A stretch of DNA of 62,495 bases, counting the filler, from Jimgerdemannia flammicorona (lineage: Eukaryota), in NCBI GenBank assembly GCA_003990765.1. It is 3 parts of 3 records of this genome, joined end to end, with 100 filler letters (N's around TTAATTAATTAA, not from the genome) between each part and the next. Parts side by side here need not be neighbours in the genome. Positions count along the whole stretch, not along the records: positions 41,739 to 62,495 come from RBNJ01001594.1; 2 more parts are not named here. One strand, 5' to 3'. The notes below the pieces were generated by a model. That model was given only the letters and a program-made list of their open reading frames with translations, did not search any database and was not told the DNA's origin. Both the position numbers and the translations under genes were made by a program. Shown piece after piece: positions 61,618-62,495 of the stretch. How positions within the stretch are numbered: position 1 is the stretch's first letter; every line of letters begins with the position of its first letter.

Positions 61618-62446
61618 TGTAAGGGTGATTGAGTAAACTTTGTTTTTTTTTTTTCTTTTTTTTTTTCCATTGCTTGTTTGTTTCTCTTTTTTGTTCGACC
61701 TGGTCTTGTCTTGTAAATATACCCGTCTTTTCGCTTTACCCCCTCTCTATCCGTTTCTTCCCTTTTCTCATCATCCTATGTTGTCATTTATACTTGCTTT
61801 CCCTCACTCTCACTTACATCGTTATGCTCCCTAATTCCACCATTCGTTCCCCACATCATCCGTCGCTTTGCATCGAGCGCCGATGCAAAGCAACCTCACG
61901 TTGTACATTATTCCTTTCCGACTACCTTCCGAAAGGAATCAATATTGCACCTTTAATCTCGAAATAGACTGCGTCGGTTTCTCTCCCATGACAGTGCTGT
62001 AGGCACGGGGTGTCAAGTAGTCGGCCACGCATGCCATGGCAGGCATCACGATTGGATGATCGAGCGATCGATCTGGTGCCTCGAGAGTGCCTCAGCGGGT
62101 TTGGTGTAGTCACTCCAAAATTCCCCTAAAGGATTAAAACGTCCTGTGAAGCCGATACCGCACGTGATGGATGTGTCCTTGGTTTCGAGGGTGCATTGGT
62201 TGCGCCCTATTATTTGCACGAGAAACAGCCGGTCTCATCCATGAAACGAATCATATCCTCCACACGGATTGCATGCTTTGCGTGCTTGGTAACGATCTCG
62301 ACGTGTGGCTCGGTGCAAAAGCCTGGGCCGCGCTTTTGCCGCTGGGCGTCGTCGTCGCGCATCGCTTGCGGATTGAGCGGCATGCGTGGTGAAAGAGGAG
62401 TCATCCTTGAAGCGCTAAAGGCGGTGGCATGTCACCTATAAAATAA

Positions 62447-62485
<39 letters not shown>

Positions 62486-62488
62486 ATA
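62447..62488. repeat. (TAAA)n microsatellite
   Basis: About ten TAAA units. Confidence 0.9.
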
Positions 62489-62495
62489 GAAGAAG

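Noticed and set aside
58389..61670. Numerous antisense and alternative-frame ORFs, including a poly-Cys ORF
   Set aside because: They are shadows of a GC-rich CDS and its CAG repeat.

Overview
Eukaryotic, most likely fungal, DNA. The organism cannot be identified from sequence alone; an early-diverging lineage such as Mucoromycota is only a guess. About the first 51 kb is a nested, CpG-depleted, C>T/G>A-hypermutated transposon graveyard. It holds two copies of one Ty3/Gypsy family (gag, protease, dUTPase, RT/RNase H, a separately framed integrase and an extra 3' ORF), a 1.5-kb solo LTR of another family, an older Gypsy integrase fragment and a Ngaro/DIRS-type tyrosine-recombinase retrotransposon. 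It also holds at least ten full or truncated L1/Tx1-like LINEs (several with clear target-site duplications), a foldback MITE and two 100-nt assembly gaps. From about 51.4 kb the DNA switches abruptly to CpG-rich host genes: an F-box/Cys-rich gene, an NAD(P)H-binding flavin-reductase-like gene and a two-exon gene for a ~1,260-aa disordered protein. The most interesting signals are: (1) a compact multi-stem, possibly pseudoknotted RNA at the 3' end of the tyrosine-recombinase ORF; (2) conserved ATGA stop/start couplings linking RNase H to integrase to ORF3 in both Gypsy copies; (3) a conserved stem-loop between AATAAA and the poly(A) tail of the LINEs; (4) patchy, strand-biased non-CpG hypermutation suggesting a deaminating genome-defence system. 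Coordinates of decayed domains are approximate and come from manual translation.
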